A DNA stretch of 64,000 nt. It comes from an uncultured delta proteobacterium (GTDB lineage Bacteria > Myxococcota_A > Polyangia > Haliangiales > Haliangiaceae). The position numbers and the translations under genes were made by a program. Location: contig CAWKDB010000010.1 of NCBI GenBank assembly GCA_963848295.1, positions 4,544,001 to 4,608,000 on the forward strand, given 5' to 3'. Below are positions 50,979 to 61,138 of this stretch, one piece after another. Below the pieces are notes generated by a model. That model ran no database searches and was not told the origin of the DNA. It worked only from the letters and a program-made list of their open reading frames with translations. How positions within the stretch are numbered: the stretch's first letter is position 1; each line of letters starts with the position of its first letter.

Positions 50979-51524
50979 ATGACGAAGTGTCCGCGCTGTC
51001 TGTTTCCCGCATGCCTGTGCGGTGAGCTGCCGGCGATCACGACGCGCACGCGGATCGTGATCGTGCGCCATCATCTCGAGCGCCATCGATCGTCGAACTC
51101 CGGCCGGCTCGCTCATCTCGCGCTGCCGAACAGCGTGATCATCGACCACGGTGGACGCGAAGGCATCGCGCGGCTGCCGGCGCTCGATCGCGGCTGGCTA
51201 CTGTGGGTGGACGGCGAACCGATCTCGAGTCGACCCGAGGTCGGCACGCTCGTCGTGCTCGATGCGACCTGGTCACAGGCGCGCCGCATGTTTCGCAAGA
51301 TCGATGCGGTGCGCGGCCTGCCGATCTTCAAGCTCCCGGACGCGCCGATGCCGGCGGCGCGTCTGCGTGCGGCACCGGGTCCCGGCCGGGTGTCGACGCT
51401 CGAAGCGATCGCGGGCGCGCTGCGAATTCTCGAAGGTGATGCGGTGGCAGCGGCGCTCGAAGCCGTGTTCGCTCTCGCGGTCGATCGGGCCGAGCGGAGC
51501 GGTCGTCGTAAAGCCCCCCCATAG
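50979..51524 (+). CDS. DTW-domain tRNA-uridine aminocarboxypropyltransferase (TapT-like)
   Basis: CPRC..CLC, SNSG, LDATW and STLEA motifs. Confidence 0.88.
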   Translation: MTKCPRCLFPACLCGELPAITTRTRIVIVRHHLERHRSSNSGRLAHLALPNSVIIDHGGREGIARLPALDRGWLLWVDGEPISSRPEVGTLVVLDATWSQARRMFRKIDAVRGLPIFKLPDAPMPAARLRAAPGPGRVSTLEAIAGALRILEGDAVAAALEAVFALAVDRAERSGRRKAPP

Positions 51525-51564
51525 ATTGCCACGGCAAGGTCGGGGGACTTAAGCTCTGTAATAA

Positions 51565-53214
51565 GTGAGCGGGGCCGCACAAAGTCGGGCCGGAATCCCG
51601 ATTTCCGCCAAGTTGGTGTTCGCGACATCCGTGATGGTGGCGGCGGTCCTGGGCATCGCGTCGTGGTTCAGCGCCAAGACGATCGACGAGCTGACCGCGA
51701 CTCAGATCTCGGCTCGCCGGGTCGCCGCCGAGAAGTCGATCACCCGCGACTCCGAGCTGATCACCCAGAGCGTCGCGAACGGCGTGGCCCACGCGGTCGC
51801 CGAGACCCGGATCCCCGACATCAAGCCGGTGCTCGATGCCGCGCTCGCCGACGACAAGGCGAGTGGCGATAAGCGCGTCAATTGGATGGTCGTGATCGAC
51901 GGCAGCGGCCAGGTGGTCGGCTCGACCGATGGCGCGCCCGCCGGCGCCAAGCTGGCGGGATTCGAAAAGCTGTTGGCCGCCGCCCCGAAGACCGGCGAGG
52001 TCGTGCACGCGCGCATCGACGCCAGCTCGGACTACGTCTACGGATCGCCGACCAAGATCGGGACGACGGTGGTCGGCTCGGTCCGGGTCGGGGTCTCGAC
52101 CGCGAGCCTCGACGCCGAGCTCACGCACTCGCTCGCCGAGTCCGACGAGCGTGCGCGAGCTTCACGCCAGCGCGTGCTGCTCGTGTCGCTGATCGTGCTC
52201 GGCATCGGCATCGTGCTCGCCGCGCTGCAAGGGGTCCAGCTCGCGAAACCGATCAAGGAGCTGACCGTGGTCGCGCAGCGCATCGCCGAGGGCGACCTCG
52301 CGAGTCGGGTCCCCGAGACCCGGCGCGACGAGCTCGGCACGCTCGCGCGCACGTTCAACTTCATGACCCATCAGATCGTCCTGCTGCTCAACGAGCAGGC
52401 GACGAAGCTGTCGCTCGAGAAAGAGATGGCCCTCGCGCGCCAGGTCCAGCAGGCGATGATTCCGCCCGGCGAGCTCGACCAGCACGGGCCGCTCAAGTTC
52501 GTCGGCTACTGCATGCCGGCGTCGCAATGCGGCGGCGACTGGTGGATGTATCGCAAGCTGCCGAACGGCCGGTTGTTGCTCGTGCTCGGCGACGCGACCG
52601 GCCACGGCATTCACTCGGCGATGATCGCGGCGACCGCGCGCGGAGCGGTCGAAGCGCTCGCCGGCGTCGACGAGCGACTGCTCGAGCCCGATCAGATCCT
52701 TCGCGCGATCGATCAAGCGATCCGCATGGTCGGCGACACGAACGTGCGGATGACCGCGTTCGCGGCGGTGATCGATTCGCAGAGCGGCATGCTGCACTAC
52801 GCGAACGCCGGCCAGAACTTCCCGTACGTGATCCGTGTCAACCCGCAGCGCCGGCTCGAAGACGCGAACGTGATCGCGGCGAGCGGCAGCCCGCTCGGCG
52901 ATCGCAACGTCGCGGTCGAGATCAAGCGCGGGCAACAGCAACTGTCGCCGGGCGACCTGTTCGTCGTGTTCACCGACGGCGTCGTCGAGCGCGCGAACTC
53001 GAGCGGCAAGCAGTTCGGCGATCGCCGGTTGCGCAGCACGCTGAGCGGGCAAGCGCTTGACGATGGCCAGTCGCTCGTCGCGCTGCGCGATCACATCATC
53101 GGGACGGTCGAGCAATACGCCGAGGGGACGTTCGCCCAAGACGACGTGACACTGGTGTTGTGTCAGTTCGATCCGCGGCCGACGCAATCGCGAGCTCGAT
53201 GGGGAGTTGCATGA
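51565..53214 (+). CDS. Membrane HAMP + SpoIIE/PP2C phosphatase
   Basis: Two TMs, HAMP (DELGTLARTFN), GGDWW, GDATGHG, FTDGV and DDVT motifs. Confidence 0.93.
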   Translation: MSGAAQSRAGIPISAKLVFATSVMVAAVLGIASWFSAKTIDELTATQISARRVAAEKSITRDSELITQSVANGVAHAVAETRIPDIKPVLDAALADDKASGDKRVNWMVVIDGSGQVVGSTDGAPAGAKLAGFEKLLAAAPKTGEVVHARIDASSDYVYGSPTKIGTTVVGSVRVGVSTASLDAELTHSLAESDERARASRQRVLLVSLIVLGIGIVLAALQGVQLAKPIKELTVVAQRIAEGDLASRVPETRRDELGTLARTFNFMTHQIVLLLNEQATKLSLEKEMALARQVQQAMIPPGELDQHGPLKFVGYCMPASQCGGDWWMYRKLPNGRLLLVLGDATGHGIHSAMIAATARGAVEALAGVDERLLEPDQILRAIDQAIRMVGDTNVRMTAFAAVIDSQSGMLHYANAGQNFPYVIRVNPQRRLEDANVIAASGSPLGDRNVAVEIKRGQQQLSPGDLFVVFTDGVVERANSSGKQFGDRRLRSTLSGQALDDGQSLVALRDHIIGTVEQYAEGTFAQDDVTLVLCQFDPRPTQSRARWGVA

Positions 53215-55439
53215 GGAATCGCTTGTTCGTGCGGGTCGCGGTCGCGGTTGCGGTGTTCGGGATCCAAGGAAGCGCGCGAGCCCAGCAACCCGCACCGGCC
53301 GTCGATCCGGCCGACCTTCCGCCGCTGCCGGCCGCCGAAGAAGACACGTCGAGCTCCGCCACGGTCATCGCCGCCGCGTCGGCCGAAGAAGACGTGGTCG
53401 TGGGTGCCGCGAAGCGCGAGCAGAGCCTCGGCAACGTGGCCTCGGCGGTCACCGTCGTGTCCGGCGATCGGATCCGCCGGTTCGGCTATCGCACGATCGG
53501 CGAGGCGCTCGCGTCGGTCGCCGGCACGTACCTCGTCGACAACCGCGAGTCGTACACGCTCGGGATCCGAGGCCTCAACATCCCCGGTGACTTCAACACG
53601 CGCATCCTCGTCCTGGTCGACGGCGCCACGATCAACGATCCGTGGGGCAGCTTCGCGGGTATCGGATTCGACAACTTCGTATCGATGGACGACATCTCGC
53701 GCATCGAGCTGATCCGAGGCCCGGTCTCGAGCGTCTACGGCGCGAATGCGTTCTTCGGCATCATCAACATCGTCACGCGCTCCGCGTCGGAGACACCGGG
53801 AGCGTGGGGCCGCATCTCGGTCAACTCGATCAACGGTGTGATCGGCGCTGCGGGCTTCGGGGTCGGCACGGTGCAGAAGGGCATCCGCGGCACGTTCCAG
53901 TCGATGGGGCGGTTCGGCGAGACGCTGACCGTTCCGAACATCACCGGCAACAACAGTGATGGCAGCCTCAGCGGCGGTGATGGCTCGTCCCAGATCATGG
54001 GCTCGGTCGTCGGTACGTACGGTGGGACGTTCGGCCAGGCGCGGTTCTATCGCTACGAGCGCGGCGATCCGTTCGCGCCCTTCCTCGGCGATCCGACGCA
54101 GGTCAACCCGTACGTCCAAGATGACACGCAGGTCCTGCTCGAGGCCGGGCACACCAAAGAGCTCACCGACAAGATCACGGTGACCGCGCGCGGGTACGCG
54201 AACCTCTACAAGTTCACCGACCAGATCCTGCAGGCCGGCATCGCGCCGTTCGAGGATCGCGGCGACGGATATGCGTACGGCGCCGAGGTCCGCGGCCGGT
54301 TCGAGATCTTCCCGAAGAAGCTCGGCCTCACCACCGGCGCCGAGGCGACCTACTACGATACCTATAGCCGGTCGCAACAAGATTCGACGCCGCCCGATCC
54401 ACCACCGACGTGCACGAACCCGATGTTCCCCGCCGCGTGTGTGCCGAAGAACTTCAACATCGAGGGCGTCTACGCCGAGCTCGACGGCCAACCCCTGCCG
54501 TTCCTCGGCTTCACCGCAGGCCTGCGGTTCGATAATAATTCGGCGGTCGAAGCTCGGGCCTCGCCGCGCGCCGCGCTGTTCCTGTCGCGCTCCGACACCG
54601 CCGGCTTGAAGTTCCTGTTCGCGCAAGGCTTCCGCAACCCGAGCGCGTACGAAGCGTTCTTCTACGACAACACGAGCTACCTGCCGGCGCAGGACCTCAA
54701 AGCCGAGGTCATCACGAGCTACGAGGCCGTCGCGTGGGCCAAGCCGATCTCCGGACTCTCGGTCCGGCTGTCGGGATTCTACTGGGACATCACGAACGGG
54801 ATCGAGGCGCTGTCGCCGACGACCCCCGACGTGATGTTCCCGAGCATCCTGCAGTTTCAAAACGCCGCGCACTACGTCAGTGAAGGCGTCGAAGCCGAGG
54901 GTAGCTATCGCAACAGCCAAGGATGGTACGCGTTCGGCGGTGCGACCTACAGCCGAGTCGGGTGTGCCGACTGCGGCGCGATCACCGACGGCGCGGTCGA
55001 CGCAAGCGGCAACCCGGTGGTCGTGTTCGGCAGCGTGCCGAATGCGCCGGCGTGGACGGCCTCGGGCGGCGTGTCGACGCCGAAGTTGTTCGGGCGATTC
55101 CATCTCTCGACCGAGCTGCAGTACATCGGCCCGCGCCCGACGCGCCCGGGCCTCGATGACTCCTACGTCATGGGCATGGTGGATCAGATGCCGTACACGT
55201 CTCCGAACGCGGCGGCGTGGCTCAACTGGAACTGGGCGCTGTACTGGCCGCAGATCGCGAACCACTTCGACTTCACCGCCGGCGTGCGCAACCTGATCGG
55301 GACTCGGGAGCAGGTCGTCGCGCCCGGCGAGTACGACATCGCGGCGACCGACCCTTCGGGCAACGCGATCACCACCGTCATCCCGGTCGTCCCCGGAGAG
55401 GCGAGAGAGTTCTATGTCAAGCTCGGCTACAACTACTAG
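53211..55439 (+). CDS. TonB-dependent receptor
   Basis: Plug motifs LVLVDG and RIELIRGPVSSVYG; C-terminal FYVKLGYNY. Confidence 0.93.
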   Translation: MRNRLFVRVAVAVAVFGIQGSARAQQPAPAVDPADLPPLPAAEEDTSSSATVIAAASAEEDVVVGAAKREQSLGNVASAVTVVSGDRIRRFGYRTIGEALASVAGTYLVDNRESYTLGIRGLNIPGDFNTRILVLVDGATINDPWGSFAGIGFDNFVSMDDISRIELIRGPVSSVYGANAFFGIINIVTRSASETPGAWGRISVNSINGVIGAAGFGVGTVQKGIRGTFQSMGRFGETLTVPNITGNNSDGSLSGGDGSSQIMGSVVGTYGGTFGQARFYRYERGDPFAPFLGDPTQVNPYVQDDTQVLLEAGHTKELTDKITVTARGYANLYKFTDQILQAGIAPFEDRGDGYAYGAEVRGRFEIFPKKLGLTTGAEATYYDTYSRSQQDSTPPDPPPTCTNPMFPAACVPKNFNIEGVYAELDGQPLPFLGFTAGLRFDNNSAVEARASPRAALFLSRSDTAGLKFLFAQGFRNPSAYEAFFYDNTSYLPAQDLKAEVITSYEAVAWAKPISGLSVRLSGFYWDITNGIEALSPTTPDVMFPSILQFQNAAHYVSEGVEAEGSYRNSQGWYAFGGATYSRVGCADCGAITDGAVDASGNPVVVFGSVPNAPAWTASGGVSTPKLFGRFHLSTELQYIGPRPTRPGLDDSYVMGMVDQMPYTSPNAAAWLNWNWALYWPQIANHFDFTAGVRNLIGTREQVVAPGEYDIAATDPSGNAITTVIPVVPGEAREFYVKLGYNY

Positions 55440-57819
55440 CCTCGCGATCGCGCTGGTGGTCGCGTCGAGCACCGCGACGTTCGCGCAGCGCGCGAACCAG
55501 GCCGAGGACGACAGCGCCGCGCTGGTCGAAGAGGGCCGGTCGGATCTGAAGGAGAACAAGCTCGACGACGCCGCGAAGGCGCTCGATCAAGCGATCAGCC
55601 TCAACCCTCGTCGGGTCGAAGCCTACGTCGTGCGCGCCGGGGTCTATGCCGCGCGCAAGCAATACCAAGCCGGTATCGTGCTGATGCGTAAAGCACTGGA
55701 GCTCGCGCCGCTCGATCTCGACGTGCTGACGTCGCTCGGTTCGCTGCTCGTGTTGTCGGGAGATGAATCGGGCGTCCCGCTGCTCCAGCAGGTCGTCTCG
55801 AAAGAGCCGGCGCGGTTCAATGCTCAGCTGCTGCTCGGCCAGCACTGGCACGAGGTCGGCCGCTGGCCCGATGCGATCACCGCGCTCGAAGCGTACTTCG
55901 CGCATCGCCCCGACCAGCTCGAGCGCGAGGATGCGAGCCATCGCATCGATCTCGCCGACGCGTACTTGCGCTATCACGAGCCGAAGAAGGCGCTCGAGCT
56001 GTTCGAGGCCGCAGGGCGCGAGCGGCGCAACGATCTGCGCGTCCGCATCGGCATCGCTTGGGCCACCGCGGCGACCGACTGCCGACGCGCTCGCCCCCTG
56101 CTCGCCGACCTGGAGCCGATCGCCGATCAGCACCCCGAGGTGTGGCTCGTCGATGGCCAGTGCGCGCTCGCGCTCGGCGATAGCAACGGCGCGCTCGCGC
56201 TCGGCCGCCGCTACCTCGCACGCGCGCCGAACGGCTCGGCCGCGGGTCATGCGCTCGTCGGCGAGGCGCAAGCGTCGCGCGGCGACTTCGCCGATGCGCG
56301 CCGCGAGCTCGAGGCGGCGCACGCCGCCGACAAGAATCGTCGGCGTTGGGTCGACCGGCTCGCGTACGTGATCCGGCGCAGCGGCCAGCCGGCCGACGCG
56401 ATCGCCGAGCTCGACGAGATCGGGCCGCCGAGCGCTCCGTCGATCGACCCCGACTGGTGGGTCGAGCTCGGCGAGTCGATGCTCGCGAAGGGCGAGTCGC
56501 AAGCGCTCGTGTCTCGGCTCGGACCGATCGTTTCCGAGCTGCCGGGCAACGCGACCGTGCGCGTCGTGCTCGGTGCGGCGCAGCTCGCGATCGGTCAGCC
56601 CGACGCGGCGATCAAGTCACTCGATGACGCCGAAGCGATCCAGGCAACACCGCGTTCGAAGAAGGTGCTGGTCGAAGCGCTGACCGTGGCGGCTGCTACG
56701 AAGCTCGCCGCGAACGATGCTGCGGGGGCCGAGCCGATGCTCGTACGCGCCGATCAGCTCGAAGCGACGCCGTCGGTGTTGCGCGATCTCGGCATCGCGC
56801 GGTTGATGCTCGGCAAGGCGAGCGAGGCCGTGCCCGTGCTCGATCGCGCGGTCAAGCTCGACAGCTCGCCGATCACCGCGATGCTCGACGCGCGCGCGCA
56901 TGCGATGTCGGGTGACGTCATCGGCGCGCGTCCGATCTACGAACGCGCGCTCGCCGCGGAGAAGGACAACACCGCCGAGATCGCGCTCGATTGGGCTGCC
57001 TCCGAGCTCGCGGGCGGTGATCCGCAGCTCGCGGTCAACGCGCTCGAGAAGACGGCGAACCCGTCGAAGCTGGGGCCGCTCGCGAGCCGGCATCGCGCCG
57101 CGCTCGCCCAGGCGCGTCACGCCGCCGGTCTCGCGGCGCTGCGCCAGGGAAACGGCATTCGCGCCGTCGAGCTGTTGCGCGCTGCGACCGGCGGGGGCGA
57201 CTCCTCGCTCGCGACGCGCTGCGATCTCGCACTCGCTGAAGTCGTCGTCGGCGAAACCGGCGGTGCGATCAACGCGCTCAGGTCGATCTCCGGCCAGAGT
57301 TGCCCGTTCCCGCCGCCGCTCGATAGGCAAGCCGCGCCGATCCTCATCGCGTTCACCGAAGGCTTGAACCCGAGGCGCGCCGCCAAGGCACTCGAACGGT
57401 TGACCCAGCTCGGCGGCAGATCGACCGGCGTCGCGGCAAACCTCCTCGGCACCGCGATCCGCGTCGTCGCGCTCAACGCGGCCCAAGATGCCTATCGCAG
57501 CGGAGCGCTGGCGCAAGCCGACAACTACCTGGCGACCGCGCGCGGCGCGGCGGCGCGGGTCGGTACCGACGAGATCGCACAGAACATCGCGGCGCTCGAT
57601 CTCGCCGAGAATCATGTCGACGTCGCGATCGGCCAGCTCGAGCGACTCGCGAACAAGGTGCCGGAGGCGCTCGTCAACCTCGGCATCGCCTACGAGCGCA
57701 AGGGCGATCAGGCCAAGGCGATCGACGCCTGGAAGCGAGCGAAGAGGGCAGGCGTTCGGTTCGCTCCGCTCAACGACTGGATCGAATCGAAGGAACGGGT
57801 CTACGGAGGTACGCCATGA
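55414..57819 (+). CDS. Secreted TPR-repeat protein
   Basis: Signal peptide and multiple TPRs. Confidence 0.85.
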   Translation: MSSSATTTSLAIALVVASSTATFAQRANQAEDDSAALVEEGRSDLKENKLDDAAKALDQAISLNPRRVEAYVVRAGVYAARKQYQAGIVLMRKALELAPLDLDVLTSLGSLLVLSGDESGVPLLQQVVSKEPARFNAQLLLGQHWHEVGRWPDAITALEAYFAHRPDQLEREDASHRIDLADAYLRYHEPKKALELFEAAGRERRNDLRVRIGIAWATAATDCRRARPLLADLEPIADQHPEVWLVDGQCALALGDSNGALALGRRYLARAPNGSAAGHALVGEAQASRGDFADARRELEAAHAADKNRRRWVDRLAYVIRRSGQPADAIAELDEIGPPSAPSIDPDWWVELGESMLAKGESQALVSRLGPIVSELPGNATVRVVLGAAQLAIGQPDAAIKSLDDAEAIQATPRSKKVLVEALTVAAATKLAANDAAGAEPMLVRADQLEATPSVLRDLGIARLMLGKASEAVPVLDRAVKLDSSPITAMLDARAHAMSGDVIGARPIYERALAAEKDNTAEIALDWAASELAGGDPQLAVNALEKTANPSKLGPLASRHRAALAQARHAAGLAALRQGNGIRAVELLRAATGGGDSSLATRCDLALAEVVVGETGGAINALRSISGQSCPFPPPLDRQAAPILIAFTEGLNPRRAAKALERLTQLGGRSTGVAANLLGTAIRVVALNAAQDAYRSGALAQADNYLATARGAAARVGTDEIAQNIAALDLAENHVDVAIGQLERLANKVPEALVNLGIAYERKGDQAKAIDAWKRAKRAGVRFAPLNDWIESKERVYGGTP

Positions 57820-58715
57820 GCCACCTCGGATCGAGAGGCGCCCTCGGGGCGAGCTTGGTCATCGTCATCGCGCTCGCGACGACGGCTCGAGCGGACGTCA
57901 CGGTCGGCGTGTTCGCGCCGAGCTCGCCGTTCCCATCGACCGGCGCGCGCGTCGAGCTCGCGAATCGCCTCGGCGAGGAGGTCGGCGCCGCGCTCGGCGT
58001 CAAAGGTGTCGGCAGGGTCTACGCCCGCGGCTCGGACTTCGCGGCCGCGGTCAAACGGGGCGAGGTCACGGTCGCGCTCGTCGACGCCGCATATCTCGCG
58101 ACCGCCGGCGGCGGGTTCACGCTGATCGCTTCGGGCGTCCGTGGCGGCGATACCAGCCACGGCTGGCAGCTCGTCGTGCGCGGCACCGACAAGATCGCTC
58201 AGCTCAAAGGCAAGCACGTGCTCGTGCCGGCGGTCGGCCGCGAGACCGACTTCGTGCTCAACGTGCTGCTCGGCAGCGAAGTCGGTCGCGACTTCTTCGG
58301 CAAGATCGAAGCGGCACCCGATACGGCCTCGGCGCTCGCGGCGGTCGGGCTCGGCAAGGCGGACGCGGCGGTCGTCCCGGACGGCGTCGCGCTGCCGGCC
58401 GGCACGTCCCGGGCGCTCGCGCTCCCGGCGACGGCGGGTGCGGTCCTCGTCGGCTACGGCCTGAGCTCGGAGCAAAAAAAGGCGCTGGCCGGCGCGGTCG
58501 GCACGTTCTCCGGCGATGAGACGGTGACCGGATTTCGCGGCGCCGACGGCGATGCGGTCGGCGCGATCTCGCGGCGGTTCGGCGCGGTCGTCAAGCGCGG
58601 ACCGTTCGCCATCCCCGCGGTGCGCTTGCTCGTCGGGGATCTCGTCGAGGGCCGCGTGATCGCGATCGAGCGCACACCCGCGGCGGCGTTTGCGGTCGGC
58701 CCCGAACGCCGGTAG
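57816..58715 (+). CDS. Periplasmic binding protein-like (PhnD/SsuA-type fold)
   Basis: Signal peptide; IAQLKGK and AVGLGKADAAVV patterns. Confidence 0.7.
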   Translation: MSHLGSRGALGASLVIVIALATTARADVTVGVFAPSSPFPSTGARVELANRLGEEVGAALGVKGVGRVYARGSDFAAAVKRGEVTVALVDAAYLATAGGGFTLIASGVRGGDTSHGWQLVVRGTDKIAQLKGKHVLVPAVGRETDFVLNVLLGSEVGRDFFGKIEAAPDTASALAAVGLGKADAAVVPDGVALPAGTSRALALPATAGAVLVGYGLSSEQKKALAGAVGTFSGDETVTGFRGADGDAVGAISRRFGAVVKRGPFAIPAVRLLVGDLVEGRVIAIERTPAAAFAVGPERR

Positions 58716-58738
58716 TCGATCCGCGCTAGGCTGTGGTC

Positions 58739-60034
58739 GTGAGCTTGTCATCGACGTATCCCGACCACATCGCACGGCTTCAGGCCGGAACCGAGGCCGC
58801 GCTCGCTGCGAACAACCTCGAAGCGCTCGTGATCTGCGGCGGCGCGCCGACGATCAAGAATCGCTTCGACGATGCGTGGTGGCCGCTGTCGCCGACCCCG
58901 ACGTTCTCGCACTGGTGCCCGCTCGTCGAGGCCGACGCGTTCCTCGTCATCCGTCCAGGCAAGAAGCCGACCTTGGTGCGCACCGTCGTCGACGACTTCT
59001 GGGAGACGCCGGCGCCGCCCGAGAGCGATCACTTCTGGACGGCGTTCGACGTCGTCGAGGTCGAGCCGGATCACGCGGGCGACGTCCTGCCCGGCGGCAA
59101 GGTCGCGGTCGTCACGCGCGATCCGGGCTCGGCGCCTCCCGGCGAGGTCAACCCGGTGCACCTCGTCGCCGCGCTCGACCTGTTGCGCACGAAGAAGACC
59201 GCGTACGAGCTCGAGTGCCTGGCCGCGGCGACCGCGCGTGCGGTCAAAGGCCACCGAGAAGCCGAGGCGAGGTTTCGCGCCGGCGGGATCTCCGAGCTCG
59301 CGCTGCACCTCGCGTATCTCGCCGCGTCGGAGCAGGACGACGCGACCACGCCCTACAAGAACATCGTCGCGCTCGGGGCACACGCGGCGGTGCTGCACTA
59401 CATCGCGTATCAGCGCGACAAGATCGCGGGCGATACGTCGTTGCTCGTCGACGCGGGCGCGCGCAGCAACGGCTACAACAGCGACATCACGCGGACGTAC
59501 GCGCGCGGCACGGGCGCCGCGGCGAAGCGGTTCAGCGAGCTCGTCGCGCGCCTGGACACGCTGCAACAAGACGTGTGTAAGAAGATCCGTCCGGGCGTGC
59601 AGTACGAGGCGCTGCACGACGAGTCGCACCGGCTGCTCGCGGTCGTGCTGCGCGAGGTCGGCATCGCCAAGGGCAGCGCCGACGAGCTCGTCGATCGCGG
59701 CGTCACGCGCGCGTTGTTACCGCACGGCCTCGGCCACTCGCTCGGCATTGTCACCCACGACGTCGGGATGAAGCCGCGGCCGCCGCGCCCCGAAAACAAG
59801 TTCCTGCGCAACACGTCGGCGATCGAGGTCGGTCAGGTGTTCACGATCGAGCCCGGCTGTTACTTCATCGACGGCTTGCTCGGCCCGTTGCGCGCCGGCG
59901 AGCACGCCCGGCTCGTCGATTGGGCGGTGATCGACGAGCTCCATCCGTTCGGCGGAATCCGCATCGAGGACAACGTGTTGGTCCAGGCCAACGGGATCCG
60001 GAACCTGACCCGCGAGGCCTTCGCGGCCCCGTAA
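58739..60034 (+). CDS. pepQ: Xaa-Pro dipeptidase (M24B)
   Basis: LHY, DAGA...SDITRT, PHGLGHSLG..THDVG, TIEPGCYF and GGIRIEDN motifs. Confidence 0.9.
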   Translation: MSLSSTYPDHIARLQAGTEAALAANNLEALVICGGAPTIKNRFDDAWWPLSPTPTFSHWCPLVEADAFLVIRPGKKPTLVRTVVDDFWETPAPPESDHFWTAFDVVEVEPDHAGDVLPGGKVAVVTRDPGSAPPGEVNPVHLVAALDLLRTKKTAYELECLAAATARAVKGHREAEARFRAGGISELALHLAYLAASEQDDATTPYKNIVALGAHAAVLHYIAYQRDKIAGDTSLLVDAGARSNGYNSDITRTYARGTGAAAKRFSELVARLDTLQQDVCKKIRPGVQYEALHDESHRLLAVVLREVGIAKGSADELVDRGVTRALLPHGLGHSLGIVTHDVGMKPRPPRPENKFLRNTSAIEVGQVFTIEPGCYFIDGLLGPLRAGEHARLVDWAVIDELHPFGGIRIEDNVLVQANGIRNLTREAFAAP

Positions 60035-60164
60035 ACGGGGGCCCCCGGCCCAGGGAGTCGGCCGTCCTTGCTACGCGGCGGACACCCGATCGATCGATCG
60101 GCCTCGCGGCGGCATAGCGATCTGAACGCGCGATGGCCGCCCGGCGATCGTACAATTAGCGACC

Positions 60165-61070
60165 GTGGGGCATTTTGCGATGTTCGCGATCGCGTTCGCT
60201 GCGGTGGGTTGTGGCCGGATCGATTTCGATCCGTTCGGGCCCGGCGGCGGCGGTGGCGGTGATGCTGCGCTCGGCGATGGGGCCGGCCCCGATGCATGCG
60301 TGCAGACCGCGTGGTCAACGCCGAGCGAGCTCTCGACCGTGATCAACGCGAGCACCACCAACTGGGAGCCTGCGTTGCGCCGAGACGGCCAGATGCTCGT
60401 GTATGGGCGCGACCCCTCCGTCAACCAGCTCTACGCCGCGGCGGGCAACCCGACGGATGGCTACGCGACGCCCACGATGATCTTGCCGTCGGCCAACAGC
60501 AACGGCGGCCCGGCGTGGTCGCCTACGGGCGATCAACTGTTCTTCGTCAGCGATCGCTTGGTGATGGATTCGTTTCGCCTCTATACGAGCAACTACGACG
60601 GCACGACCTTCGCGCCCGCGATGGAGGTGATGGAGCTCGCGGGTCAGGAGGTCGATGGCCCGACGATCTCGTCGACTGGGCTCGAGATGGTCTACAACGA
60701 AGGCTCGGGCAACGGCGCGACGCTGCGGATCGCGATTCGCCTGACCACGAGCGCTCCATGGCAGGACCTCGGCCAACTCGCGAACGTGAACTCGGGTTCC
60801 ACCGATGGCTGGGCGACGTTCGCCGACAACGACCTCACGATCTACTGGGAATCGCATCGCAGCAACGGCAACGGCTCGATCTACATGGCGACGCGGCCCC
60901 AAGTTGGAGCCGATTTCACGAATCCGGTGGAGGTACCGGGGCTCTCCGACGACGGCGGCAACGATGGCGGCGATCCAGAGGTCAGCGGCGACGGTAAGAC
61001 GATCATGTTCGCGAGCGACCGCGACGGCGGGACACCGAACATCTTCGTGTCGACACGCGCCTGTCCGTGA
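60165..61070 (+). CDS. PD40/TolB-like beta-propeller lipoprotein
   Basis: GCGRIDFDP N-terminus; PAWSPTGDQLFFVSDR and PEVSGDGKTIMFASDR repeats. Confidence 0.85.
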   Translation: MGHFAMFAIAFAAVGCGRIDFDPFGPGGGGGGDAALGDGAGPDACVQTAWSTPSELSTVINASTTNWEPALRRDGQMLVYGRDPSVNQLYAAAGNPTDGYATPTMILPSANSNGGPAWSPTGDQLFFVSDRLVMDSFRLYTSNYDGTTFAPAMEVMELAGQEVDGPTISSTGLEMVYNEGSGNGATLRIAIRLTTSAPWQDLGQLANVNSGSTDGWATFADNDLTIYWESHRSNGNGSIYMATRPQVGADFTNPVEVPGLSDDGGNDGGDPEVSGDGKTIMFASDRDGGTPNIFVSTRACP

Positions 61071-61138
61071 CCTGCGGCATCTCGTACGGACCTGGCGGGT
61101 TGCACGGAACGGCCAGGGACCGTATGTTCCACGCGCCT

